DNA of 64,000 nucleotides from Gordius albopunctatus (lineage: Eukaryota). Location of the stretch: assembly GCA_964276515.1 (NCBI GenBank), contig OZ193910.1:1240001-1304000 (forward strand), written 5' to 3'. Made by a program: the position numbers and the translations under genes. Of the stretch, positions 1 to 12,132 are shown one piece after another (positions within the stretch are counted from its first letter, which is position 1; the number at the start of each line of letters is the position of its first letter). The notes below the pieces were generated by a model. The model was not told the origin of the DNA, made no database searches, and worked only from the letters and a program-made list of their open reading frames with translations.

Positions 1-3000
1 CAACCTGGTTTTGATGAGTCTATGAACGATTTTTGAAAATATTCCCCTGGTAGCCTTAACGTCGTCCCATAAACCATCTCCGAAGGGGTGTATCCGATAT
101 CTTCTTTGATTGTTGACCTAATGTTGAGAAGAATTAATGGTAGTGTTTCACTCCATTTTGTCGTATCTTCTTGTGTCATGATGGAAGCTTTTAATTGTCT
201 ATGAAAGCGCTCAACTAAACCATTAGAACACGGGTGATAGGCTGTAGTTTTGATATGGTCAGATTAGAGAACTGCACGGGTGACCCGAGACCCGACCCGA
301 GGTCGGGTCGGGTTCGGGTAGAAAATTTGAAAATGCTCTCGGGTCGGGTTCGGGTTGAAAATTTTTAAATGCTTTCGGGTCGGGTCAAATTTTTAGAGTC
401 GGGTCCAAGTTTATACATTGTAAAAAACACGCGAGAACTATTTTTTTCTAACAAAATTGTATATATAAATCATATATTTTATATATATATAAATAAGCAT
501 ACTATTTTGCAACTTTTGCAAATCGTTTGAAAAATTCTGTGCAGGGGTATGTTGAGACTGGTGGAATAGTCGGCTAAAGATGTTAGAATCCGTTCATAAT
601 TATCAAGAGATCGAAGATCTGTTGATGGACATGGGGGAGTTTCACAGCAAGAAAATCTTATTTGTCGATTTAATTTTACACCGCAATTTTCGCGCTCGAA
701 AGTAATTTGTTTTAATAATTTTTCGGGTCGGGTCGGGTAGAAAATTTAAAAATGATTTTGGGTCGGGTTCGGGTAGAAAATTTGAAAATGATTTCGGGTC
801 GGGTTGAGTCCGGGTAGAAAATTTGAAAATGATTTCGGGTCGGGTCCGGGTAGAAAATTTGAAAATATTTCGGGTCGGGTCGGGTCCGGGTTGAAAAAAA
901 GTGACTTTGCAGTTCTCTAGGTCAGATCCTAATGTGGATGATAATTCTCGAAATAAACAGGATGTAAATTGAGCACCTCTATCAGTAGTTATTACCTTTG
1001 GGATACCAAAGTTGGCAATCCAGTGTTCAATAAATATTTTTGCTAAATTTTCGGCCGATATATCGTTGATTGGTATTGCGATTGGCCATCTCGTAAAGCG
1101 ATCGATCGCTGTAAAAATATGGGTGTAGTGAGATGAAGATGGCAAAGGGCCTACCACATCCAAATGCACGTGACTGAACCTTTCGTCGGTGTCGTCAAAA
1201 ATGCCAGGTGAAGTAATTGTGTGTTTGTTTACTTTAGACTTTTGACATTTTATGCATTCTTTTGTCCAATTCCGAATATCTTTATTCATCGAGGGCCACA
1301 CAAAGCTGCTAGTAATTAGTCTTTGAGTTGCTCAAATCCCGGGATGTGAAAGAGAGTGAAAGTGATCGAAGAAATACTTTCTTAGTTTTGTTGGTATAAG
1401 TGGTCGAGGTGAACCGTCTTCTTGACAACCAGGGCTTTTTAATTTTACGAGAAACTATTTGACTCTCATTAGGACAAATAGGTAAAGTTAAAGAAATTAT
1501 GTCTGATCGAGATAATGTGTCCGCTGTAATATTACTATTACCTTTTATAAAGCGAATGTCAATGCTGAATTGAGAGACATAATCTAAATGTCGGATTTCT
1601 CTGGGTAAATAACGATCAATTTTTGCCTGGAAAGCATAAATTAAAGGTATATGATTCGTAAATATAGTAAAATTGCGTCCCTCTAGTATGTGTTTGAAAT
1701 TTTTAATCGCCAAAAAAATAGCTAGTAATTCTCGACCAAATGTACTATAGCGTGTTTGAGCTGCTTATAATTTTTGAGAAAATAAGGCTAATGGTTCTTA
1801 TTTGTTATTGCTTACCTGATGCAAAACTCCCCCAACTGATATGTTCAAAGCATCTGTATGACCAAGAAAGTCTAATGATTTTACCCCCAAAGAACATTTT
1901 GATAGATTTATGCGAATACCGTATGTTTGTAATCGTTTAAAAACTGTTGAGAAGTGTAATTTGTGTTCATGTTCTGTGGAACTGGCGATAAGTATATCAT
2001 CGGTGTAAGCATACACAAAATCCAAACCATTAAAAATGTCATCTATGAGGCGCTGAAATGTTTGTGCTGCATTCCGCACTCCGAACTGCATTCTTACAAA
2101 TTCAAACAGCTAAAAGGTGTTGTGACTGCGGTCTTCGGGATGTCCTCTGGTGACATAGGAATTTGATGGTAAGCTTTTACTAAATCCAACTTTGAAAAAA
2201 TGCATTTGCCTGTTAGATTTAAAGCGAAATCATGTAGATGTGGAATGGGGTATCTATCAGGTTTTGTTGCGTAATTAAGCATTCTAAAATCTCCACATGG
2301 ACGCCATGTCCCTGGGATCTCTTTTGGTACCATGTGTAAGGGGGATGACCATTTAGTATGTAAGGGTCTTATAATGCCTAATATACTCATCTCTTCAAAT
2401 TCTTTTTTTGCTATTTTAAATTTTTCGGGGTTTAAACGTCGCGGAGAACAATGTATCGCTGGTCCCTTCGTTATTATATGGTGTTGGGTATTATGTTTCA
2501 CTTTGTCATTAAAATCTGGTGGCTTTGTAATATCAGGAAATTGTTTTAATATAGAGTAAAAATCATTATCCTGTGGAATTGGGCTGTTTATAGATGATAT
2601 TGATGAATTGGTTATATTCGATAATTTTAGAGAATAATTTTGTGGATTAATTATGCGTTTATTTTTAATATTAATTATTAAACCAAAGTGTGATAATCTG
2701 AACCTAATATCGGTGAATGAACGTCTGCGATCAAAAAAGTCTATTTAAATTCTCTTTTTAAACCTATATCTAATGTTAACGATGTTTGCCCGTAAGTATT
2801 TATATTGCTCGAATTAGCTGCTTTTAAACATAATTTATTTAATGTTAGTTTCGATTTTGTTGTCGGTGGAATTACGCTAATTTGGGCTCACGTGTCAATC
2901 AGATAACGTAAACCTGATATTTTGTCAAAAACATAGAAAAGGCGATTATGGTTGATATGGCCGGATCCAGCTATCGTCTTTACTGATAGGCCTGCCTTTT

Positions 3001-3480
3001 TAACCCTTTTTCTAAATAACATGGTTGGACACACTTCCTGGCGTTTGATCCCCAGGTGTCATGATACCAGCACCATGGTCTGTTGTTTGAAATCCAAGAT
3101 GGGTGAAAAGGGGTCTGGGGTTGACCTATCTTTTCTAATGTCCCATTTAGAGCAGATAAAACTTCTGTTAGTTCTTTAGGGTATCCATCAGTGGAGTGTT
3201 TTTTTGGGTTATGAATGTTATTAACATAATTAGTTTTTTTGGCCAGCACGATGCGGTCGGCTGTTTCAGCCAATTTCTCCATTGCAGTATCTTCAGTAAA
3301 CTAGACTAATATGCGAATGAGTTCACAAGGCAATTTGTTGAGCCAGAGTTCCTTTAGAATCTTTTGGTCAAGAACGTATGTCCCCACTAAACTCTTCATG
3401 TATCGTAAAAGCTGCGATGGGGATCTATCCCCTAAATCCACTGCCTTTAGAAATTCCATCAACAAATTAGAGTTACCTTG
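1..3480 (-). mobile_element. Decayed Ty3/Gypsy LTR retrotransposon (gag, protease, RT, RNase H, integrase); runs off the left edge
   Basis: gag motifs LGDRSPSQLL and WCWYH..WG..ARKCVQPC; RT motifs [37 protein letters not shown]; RNase H end GNSNITADTLSR; integrase HVHLDVVGPLP, IDRFTRWP, ITTDRGAQF. Many frameshifts and stops. Confidence 0.93.
265..919. mobile_element. Non-autonomous hAT-type MITE inserted in the Gypsy integrase
   Basis: Perfect TIR TAGAGAACTGCA...TGCAGTTCTCTA; exact 8-bp TSD GGTCAGAT (257-264, 920-927); subterminal GGGTCGGGT(T)C arrays. Confidence 0.92.
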
Positions 3481-3493
3481 GAAGAGATTTGGT

Positions 3494-3870
3494 TGTAATA
3501 CGTAGAAGATGAAAATAGAAAGAGTACACATACCGAATCCACTTTCATTTGAATGTAATCGTTATCTATTCGAAAAAAATATTTTTTTTCAAATCTTCCG
3601 AAATCATTCACGCCTCAACCACCACACGCAAACAATAGTTTTTTTTATTTTATACCTCTATTTTTTGGACTCCATGCAAATAGGAGGAGGGGTATGGTAT
3701 TATCTAATTAGAATAGTGGTCCCTTTATGATTTGGACATCACATTGTTCACATTCCTTCTTACTATATTTGAATACACATTATTTATACTCCTCCTTATT
3801 CTATTCACAATCATTATAATTTGAATAGCCCCCAACTACCTTACGAGTTATTTATATTAACCTCTTTACA
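3494..3870. mobile_element. Possible solo LTR
   Basis: TGTAA...TTACA ends, flanks TTGGT/ATGGT (4 of 5 match); lies where gag homology stops. No second copy in the window. Confidence 0.4.
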
Positions 3871-4414
3871 ATGGTATATAAGCTAATGCTTAACGATCGA
3901 TATACAGGCATCTTTGGTTTTATACAAATAAAGTAGGCTCAAACCCCTACAAACTAAATGATGAATAACTTGTAACGAGTGAAAATGGATTTTTTATTTC
4001 AAAGTTATCCTAAGTTGTAAATTACGAGTAATAACAATTTAATAGACGGTGAAATAATTTTCAAAAATATAATTTTTCAAAAATTTTATTTGAAAAATCT
4101 GGTCAGGCCAAAAATAAAAAAGTCTTTCAGGCTCGGGCAAAAAATTGACAAGTCGGGTTCGGGCCGAAGAAATTTCATTTTGCAAGGCTCTACTGACAAT
4201 ATACTTATCCTAAATATTTTTGATAATAAAATTTAAATTTCTTATGATTTTAAATAGTAAAAAAGATAAGTAGATAAAAATTACAATAGTTTTTTCACGA
4301 ATGCCAATTTTATTTAAAGAAATTAATCCTTTGCTCTAATACTATTCCTTCAATGTCATAAAATTTACACAAAATGAATATTTAAGAAGATTTTTACCCT
4401 CATAATTAATGTTC

Positions 4415-4517
4415 TTCATAGGTATATTTTCGGGAATTGTCGAGGGTGTTAAAAAATTATATTTACTACAATAATTTTTTTAACACCCTCGACAATTCCC
4501 GAAAATATATCTATGAA
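4415..4517. repeat. Near-perfect palindrome/foldback with arms of about 46 bp
   Basis: TTCATAGGTATATTTTCGGGAATTGTCGAGGGTGTTAAAAAATTAT, a loop of about 10 nt, then its reverse complement with 1 mismatch and 1 indel. Confidence 0.9.
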
Positions 4518-4791
4518 AAAAATGAATATATTGTCAAAATCTTTTATTTATAGTTTGAAAATATATTCTTGGGATGTGCTTTATTACACTATCAAAATAG
4601 AGTTATAAAAAAGGTTACATATAAAAAATACAACAAAATTTTTATTGACATAGAAACATTTCGTAAAATTTGTCATTGATTACTGGAATGAAAATAACCC
4701 AGTAAAATAGAATAAACATGAAATGACTTGTGTTCAATTTACACGACTCTTCTTAAAATCCGCATTGCAATTTTTAAGTTTTACTGCGGTC

Positions 4792-5231
4792 TAGTTTTAA
4801 AAACGGCTGGTCTTTGTTTTTCTTAGTCGACCTCAGCGGTTAGTCAAAATTTGAAAAAGAGACCAGAGTTGACAGTTAGTCTTAGGGCTTGTCTTATTAT
4901 CAGATTTTGCTGCGCAGCAAAAATCGTCGTACGGTTTATAACATAGCCGTGTCTTAACTTCGAATTCACAGCAGATTTGCATTTGAGACGTCTAACATAA
5001 CAGAGATTTTGGAAGATGCAAATATTTTCCTAAGCTTAAATGTTGTATGTTGTTAAGTTGAAATAAACGAACAAGTTTTTAACTATCAAAAAACGAAATA
5101 CAACCAAGTTTGACTCATGTAATTGAATCGGATATTTAGGCAAAGATAAATTCGCGCGATTTGAATCTGAATCCGATATTAAGACAAGCCCTTTGTTGAA
5201 CCAAAAACACCCAACCGTTTTTACAACACTA
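4792..5231. mobile_element. hAT-like MITE of the TAGTGTTGTAAAAACGGCTG family carrying a nested Harbinger MITE
   Basis: Termini match other copies (39957-40329; 51100-51300; partial copies near 6300, 15800-16060, 26690, 54750). Confidence 0.7.
4885..5191. mobile_element. PIF/Harbinger (Tourist-like) MITE
   Basis: TIR GGGCTTGTCTTA(A/T)TATC; TTA left flank; second copy in opposite orientation at 35884-36143. Confidence 0.8.
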
Positions 5232-5386
5232 CTGTCCACAAAATGGTTTCACTGTGAAGTGGAAGCAGCTAGTTATTGAAGAGATTAAATCTACGAATCC
5301 TTATCATTTCTACGACAATAATCGGATCAAAAGAATAGAAAAATTTAAATCACACGAACAAAACTACAAATAAAGGTTATATTAAA

Positions 5387-8300
5387 TTAAGCTATTTCCA
5401 TCGATTTTAATTCTACAATAGCGTCACGATTCATTTGAAAGGAGGAGACGAGTGATGCCATTTGCACTTTTTCATTCGTGCCCAAGGAAAGTTGGTACCT
5501 TGGAAAAAAGTAAAAGTCAAAAAAGTGTGATAAAATAATTTAAAATATATGTTGCTAGAGATTATTAAATTAAAATTGATTTATTCAATATAGAAATGAA
5601 ATAAAAACCCATTTTTATCAAAAAAAACATTTCACAAATATAATTAATTATTGAGAAAGAAAGGCAAAACTCTATTTAATAGGTGTGGCATATTAAGGTT
5701 AAACTATAACTTTTCCCTAAGCTAGAGAGACAAGGCAAAAAAAGTCAGTAGCCAGCATGGTAATTAAAAGGGGGGCAATAATGATGTAGAGAGAGGCAAA
5801 TTACTCATTTTTTAAAATTTTAGCCATAATTTTAATAAATTTCAACAGGTTTTTGGATTTGGGGGGAGGCAGCCGCCCCTTGTGGCCCCTTCGCCCCCCC
5901 CACTAGCTACGCCGTCAATATTACCAAATAATATGAATGTTACTCTAAATCGGCTAGTTTTTGGATCAATTCTTGGAGAACGGGTACTGGCAGATCAACT
6001 ACATAATAAAAGATAGAAAATTTCAATGGCACCGTTGCAAAATGATGAGAGCTCACTTTTCATCACGGTTTCGTGTATTTCGCAGATTATATCTTGCAAG
6101 GCTAGGCCTTTTTCAATCTTGGTTGTTGCCAATTCTGCACATAATAATGAACAGCACGTAATTATATAATAAATACTTAATAAATTTGTATCAAATCGAG
6201 TATGTATCAAATTATGAGTGCTGCAAAAAGGGGTGGGGGTTTTGTGTGGACGACTAAACATAAACAAATTGAAGGCTTTTTGGTCTCTGTTTTTCTAGAT
6301 CTGCCTCGAGGCTTAGTCAAAATTTAAAAAAGAGACCAGAGTCGAGCGTGCCCCACCCGTTTTTACAGAACGAGTGGTGTTAAAACTTGAAAAAGCCTCC
6401 TTGAGCGGTAAATTTAGCATCCAAGACATAATGTTTTTGATATCGGCTGGTAGAGGGTGACCGACGCAATTGTATATATTAGTTTCATCGATGACGTCAT
6501 CATAAGCCATAGATGCACTCTAAATGCGTTTCAAAAAATATAATATTAAATCACCATTCACGATCAAGTGTAGTTTTAGGGGGAAAAAGGGGCAAAATTT
6601 AAACATATTTGATTGATAAATTTTAAACGTTATTAACAGAGTAATGGGCTGTATCTAAATTAAAAGTCTTTTTTTAGATTCAATATATTATAGCAGCAGG
6701 TCTCATCGTGGGTGTAGCCAGAATTGGAATTAGAGGGGGGGGCAATTATGATTTAGGGAGGGGCAAAATAATCAATTCTCGTTGATATTATCAAATTTAG
6801 TTGTTATTAAAGCTTAAGATGTGATTTACTTTATAAACTAATTTATTTATGTTTGCTAATTAATTGGCTTCTGGGAATTTCTCAAAATATTGTCCTGTCT
6901 TATTGGGTTAATTTGTGTCAAAAAATTTAAATAATAATGTAGATAACCAAAGTGCTGTATGAGTAGTAAATTGATTAAATAATTTAAAACAACATAGGTC
7001 AATTTTATAAAGTGACTAACAGAGTGCTAAAGTAGTCAAACACATAAAAAATTTTAATTTAGATGGAAAACGTTTTTACTTGCATAACATTCAGAGCTTT
7101 CCTCATGTCACCCCTGGCAAGTTTGATCAATGCTCTTATACCATCATCGGTTACATTTAACCTTAATCCAATAAAAAATAGCTATTATAGTTTTATATAT
7201 AATTATAGGTTAAGTGCGTTGGAATGTCTTGAAGAATGGTCAGTAATAGAATGAAACAAAAATAGTTGTTATAATTTTTAAACTAATTATAGTCTAATTA
7301 ACTTTGTATATTTTTAAGAATGGCCAATAATATGATTTATTATTTAGAGAAATTAAACCCCTATCAAATTTTTCACTATAAAAGTCCGAAACACATCATA
7401 TTGCCTCCTTCTCAAGCAATTAAAATTTTTATGGAAGATTCAAACTCACAGTTTTGCATATCACAATATCTCTGGTTAGTAACCCTTTAGAAATTTATAT
7501 GTAGAGATTGAAATGCGCCCATCAATGTAGCTTTAATCCTGCCAACTTTTTGTCCGTTAGTTTATAATATCTATGCTTTTGTTAATTGTTTCCATTAAGT
7601 TTTATCTTTATAAACTTCCTAAATTTATAATATTAAATTCTCTAATGTAAGATTAAGCGGTCGTGGCCGAGTGGTTAAGGCGACTGACTAGAAATCAGTT
7701 GGGATTTTCCCGCATAGGTTCGAATCCTATCGACCGCGAATTTTTAAAATTTTTTGTTATTTCCCCTAAAATTTAAAATATTCATCAATCTAAAATATTA
7801 CTTTTTATGTAATTGTTTTATAGCTGGAACGTATAAAAAACTGATACGTGTTCATAAACTTTTTATTTTTTTACCTTATAATTTAAAAGACAGCCTTTTT
7901 ACTTGATAAATGCTAAAATATATTAGATTAATGAGATGGCATTGAGCCATAGATTATAATTATTACCCATAGCTAAATTAAAAAAGACCATAATTTATAT
8001 TAATTACTTTTCTAATTCAGCAATATGTTTGATACGTGGAAGCATAGATTCAGAATCAAGGGGCCCAAATCTAAAACGTGTACATCTTGAAATAATTGCT
8101 GGAATAATATTTGACAAGTGATTTCCAATCAAGCAAAATCTTGTATTTGAAGTGTATTTTTCTATTACTCTTCTAAGGGCATTTTGAGAATCTTTTGTCA
8201 TAGCATCTGCTTCATCCAGTATTATTAACTTAATCTTTTGACTTAAAGAAATACAAATACATTAGGCAAATTAGCAGAATTTAATTTTAATCATATTGTA

Positions 8301-8819
8301 TTTAATATTTTGTTAAATAAGGAGTCAATGATGGGTGGATATAGCCTACCCATATTCAAACATTAAATTGAATATATGATATAACTAAATAAAAATATAA
8401 AATAAATTAAAAAATACAGACTTGAAAACAGTCTTTGTGCTAGCAAAATTCATTATTGGCCCTCTGACAATATCTATTCCCCTGTCATCAGATGCATTTA
8501 ACTAAAAGATATTTTTAACCTTCTTGCTTAATTACCTCTAAGACCATTGAAGAAAATTCTTTTGCATTATACATCTGCTTAGCACATGCTAAAATTGTTG
8601 AGGTTTTTCCTGTACCTGGTGACCCATACAAAAGGAGATGGGGAAGTTTATCTTCCTTCATAAACTTATTAACTAAAAATCAAATTGTGAAATAAACTAT
8701 TTACTTGTTTCTAATGCGTCCTTATGAGATATTAAGTCATTTAAATTATTTGGTCTATACTTTTCAACCCTTTAAATTTATAAAATCAGCATTAAAAGAT
8801 ACCATGGTAGGACTTCCAT
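5387..8819 (-). CDS. RFC5: Replication factor C subunit 5 (clamp loader AAA+ ATPase), 10 exons
   Basis: Spliced product MEVLPWVEKYRP...[26 protein letters not shown]...[15 protein letters not shown]...[25 protein letters not shown]...[11 protein letters not shown]...[11 protein letters not shown]...KGLALQDII...[10 protein letters not shown]...MEIA*. All nine introns are GT-AG and keep the frame. Confidence 0.95.
7657..7738 (+). tRNA. tRNA-Ser (anticodon AGA)
   Basis: Acceptor GCGGTCG/CGACCGC with discriminator G, A-box TGGCCGAGTGG, anticodon arm ACTGA-CT[AGA]AA-TCAGT, long variable arm GGGA-TTT-TCCC, T-loop GGTTCGAATCC, T-run terminator just downstream. Confidence 0.96.
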
Positions 8820-9063
8820 CTCAATTTTGAAATAACAGCTGAATGAGCGAAAATGCGTTTGAGCAAAGACGATACCTAGAATATTCGATAAATCCATAAT
8901 CACTAAACTTTATTTATTACATGCTTTCACGAGAGTTGATATTATGCAATAAATCAAAAAACACATATAACACATTTAATATAGCATTTTTTATCTAACG
9001 TGTTAATTATACATAGCTTGGTGTTTCAGATAATTAGAATGTATTTTTAATTAATAAGATTTT

Positions 9064-9918
9064 TATCAAGATCTTCTTCTTTATCAGTTATTTGGTCTCA
9101 CATTTGTGGGATTTGTTTTAATAAGTTTCTTCCATCTTGACCGGGTGAGTGCCATGTCTTGACTAATCTCTTTAGTTTCAATAACTTTACTGACTTGCCC
9201 TTTCCACGAGACACGGGTTCGTCCTCTTCCTCTTTTCCCCGGTACCTCCATGTCCAGTACTTTTCGATTTACATCATCCGTGTCCCTTCTTAGTATATTC
9301 CTATACCATCTTAGCCGATTTTCGTTAATGATGTCCGCCATAGGTTGACCTTCTAAGATTTTTATCCCTATCGTGGCTTCCTGGTTCGCTACTTTTGGCA
9401 AACAGGCATTAGCCTTTTTTAAATTAATAGAAAAGAGATCTCCCGAAGGAAAATACTCCGCAAGCTTTCTTTTGCGCCAAAAAATAGGAATTTTAATAGC
9501 CAAATACAACTATAAGGCATTTTTCGACACCTGGCCTCTGGCCCTCGATGAAGATGAAGAGTAGCCACGCCTTTTATTTATTTTTATTATATATAGACTT
9601 CACCTAATAAAGATTTACAAAAAAAATTTTTTGTCATGATAAAGTAATTCGTCATATGGTCGAGCTTAGTATACCCCAAACTCCCCGTATCATTCTCATC
9701 TCTGTGGCTTGTAATACCCTTCCTTCAGTGGTGTTTAATGCCCATGTTTAACTTCCATAGAGTAACACCGGTCTTACGATGGATTTGTAAGGTTTGCTCT
9801 TTAACCATATTGGCATTTTCTTGTCGCACATTACACCGGATATACTTCGCCATTTAAGCCATCCTTTTTGGATACGGGCATTGACTTCCGTTGCGCAACC
9901 TCCTTCTTGATGTAGCAT
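9064..9918 (-). mobile_element. 5'-truncated RTE-clade LINE, interrupted by a CRE fragment
   Basis: RIQKGWLKWR.SGVMCDKK, VRPVLLYGS, RLRWY, GKRGRGR, GAAGAAGA tail; same family as 56381-57443. Confidence 0.9.
9349..9626 (+). mobile_element. Short 3' fragment of a CRE-clade LINE with poly(A)
   Basis: TFGKQALAFFK...SASFLLRQKIGILIAKYN is homologous to the C-termini of the other CRE copies; followed by AATAAA and an A-tail. Confidence 0.85.
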
Positions 9919-12132
9919 CTCTCGATTATCAATAGTGCTCGAGTCTTCAGACATCCGTGAAGCCCTTAACTCCTTTCCTTTGGACTCCGTAGCCGGACTC
10001 GACGGGTGGCGTCCAGTATATCTACAAGATTTACTCAACTTGAATAATTTAAATACTGAACCTCTTTTAAATTCTATAACTTCTTTTTGTAATATCGTGT
10101 TAATGGAAAATTTCCTCATGAAATCATCCCTATTTTATTCGGTGCAAAACTTATCGCCATCAAAAAACAGGATAATTCAGTTAGACCCATCGCCATTGGA
10201 AGTCTTTTTCGCCGTATTATATCAAAAACCCTCTGCAAACTCATAAAACCCTCCTTATCCGCCAAGCTCCGCCCTCATCAACTCGGCTTCGGAATTAAAG
10301 GCGGATGTGAGACAGCCAGCCATGCTGGCCGGATCACACTCCAAAATATTCCCACCGAGTCCTGCTTTGTTAAATTAGATTTTGCCAATGCTTTTAACTG
10401 CATTCGAAGATAAACCCTTATTAACACTTTTTTAGCTGAATTCCGAAAACTTCTTAATTAAATTTTATTAAGCTATGATTCGGCGAATACGTCATTGACT
10501 AGTCCGGAGGCATCCAACAAGGAGATCCATTAAAACCCCCTTTGTTTTGTTTAGCCATTCATAATTTAGTCGAGTCTATATTATCTCAGTGTACCCTGGA
10601 TTTAAATGTTTGGTATCTCGACGACGCCACCCTATGTGGCCGCCCAGAGGAGATCAGTAAAGCTATACAAATTATCAACAATTTTGAACCCACTCTGAAC
10701 CTTAAATTAAACTCGAAAAAATGTGAAATCTTTCAGGCCCCCAACACTATTGACTTTCCAATTTTTAAAACTTTTTTAGTTTTAGAGAAAGAAAACATAT
10801 CCCTTTTGGGATCACCCATTGGCGGTGAAAAATCTCTCTTAAATTTTCTTCATAAGAACCTTGAAATTTTAAAATCTAAAACGGAACTTTTAAAATGCTT
10901 GCCAGCGCATCACTCATTTTACATAATCAAAAACTATTTTAACATTTCAAAGATTAATCATTGTTTTCGCTCATCTGGCGCATTTTTGCATACCAGACGT
11001 TTTAAAGTCGTACGAAGGCTTTTTAAAAATTTTATTAGAAAAAATTTTAAATTTAATACTAACAATTGGATTCAAGCATCCCTCCCAACCAAATCTGGAG
11101 GATTAGGAATTCGCCCTCCCGGCAGCATATCGCTAGCCGCTTTTATTTCCTCTTTTAAGTCGGTCCAAAACTTAATTTTTAATCTCATCAAACATGATTC
11201 CGACCCCCTGCTAACTCAAGCCTTGGAGCTTTGGAATTTGAATGTCACACTCGAGACCATTCAACCTCAAAGTACGAGACAAAAGGATTGGGATTCTGGA
11301 CTAGTATCGCGCTCCGTTGATTACCTTTTATCGAGCAGTGATGATAACCAGCATTACAACCTTAGGTCCCTCGCTTTTTACGGTTCCGGTCACGAGTGGC
11401 TTGAAGCCTATCCCAGCAAACTTTTTGGAATGCTGCTTGAAGACTTTGAGCTATCATATTCCATAGCTTTAAGGTTGAGGATTAGTTACACCAGAGAATT
11501 CAACTGTCAAGATTGCCTTACCGTTGTAGACGAATATGCTAGGCACGCTCTACACTGCCTAGCAAACAAATATAAATATGTTAGGCACACTAAGGCTAAT
11601 TTTTTAATTCAAGCTGCCCTTAAAAATGCAAAAATCCCCTCAATCCTTGAGCCGTCAGATCCCTCTCTTGAAGGTAGGATGCGCCCTGATGGCTCTTCTC
11701 TAGTCCCCTGGAAAAATGGCCTATCACTCAAATGGGATTTTACTTGTATTGACCTTTTTGCCCCTTCCCATTTTAATTACGACCCTATCGCTACAGAAGA
11801 AGGGCGTAAAACTACAAAGTATTCTTCCCTTTTGGAATCCAATATTTTTATCCATGTCGTTGCCACGTGCTCCGGTTCCTTTGGCAAACAGGCAATGGGA
11901 TTTTTTAAAGAAATCGGAAAACGCACCCCGAAATCTAAAATTTCTGCGTCCTTTTAACTCAGGCAACAACTAGAGATTCTTGTTGCACGATACAACTCTA
12001 AATCCTTTGCCGAATCATGGCCCATTTTAGAAGAGAATGATATAGATCTTTGTATTTAACCAATATGTGTTTATATTTGTATTTCCCCTATTTATGTAAC
12101 TTTGTTTCGTGAAAATAAACTTTAAAAAAAAA
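9919..12132 (+). mobile_element. 5'-truncated CRE-clade non-LTR retrotransposon (RT, CCHC knuckle, REL endonuclease), degenerate
   Basis: AGLDGWRP, VRPIAIG, HQLGFG, KLDFANAFN, GIQQGDPL, VWYLDD, LLGSPIG, WIQASLPTKSGGLGIR, CQDC...HALHC, RH, RPDG, WDFTC, EGRKTTKY; AATAAA plus A-tail. Frameshifts and stops upstream of 10542. Confidence 0.9.

Noticed and set aside
640..900. Regularly spaced 30-35 bp repeats resembling a CRISPR array, and the PDPTR-rich ORF tail
   Set aside because: No unique spacers and no cas genes; these are MITE subterminal repeats read through by the integrase ORF.
6562..6574. GATCAAGTGTAGT matching U2 snRNA
   Set aside because: Only 13 nt; the flanks show no U2 similarity.
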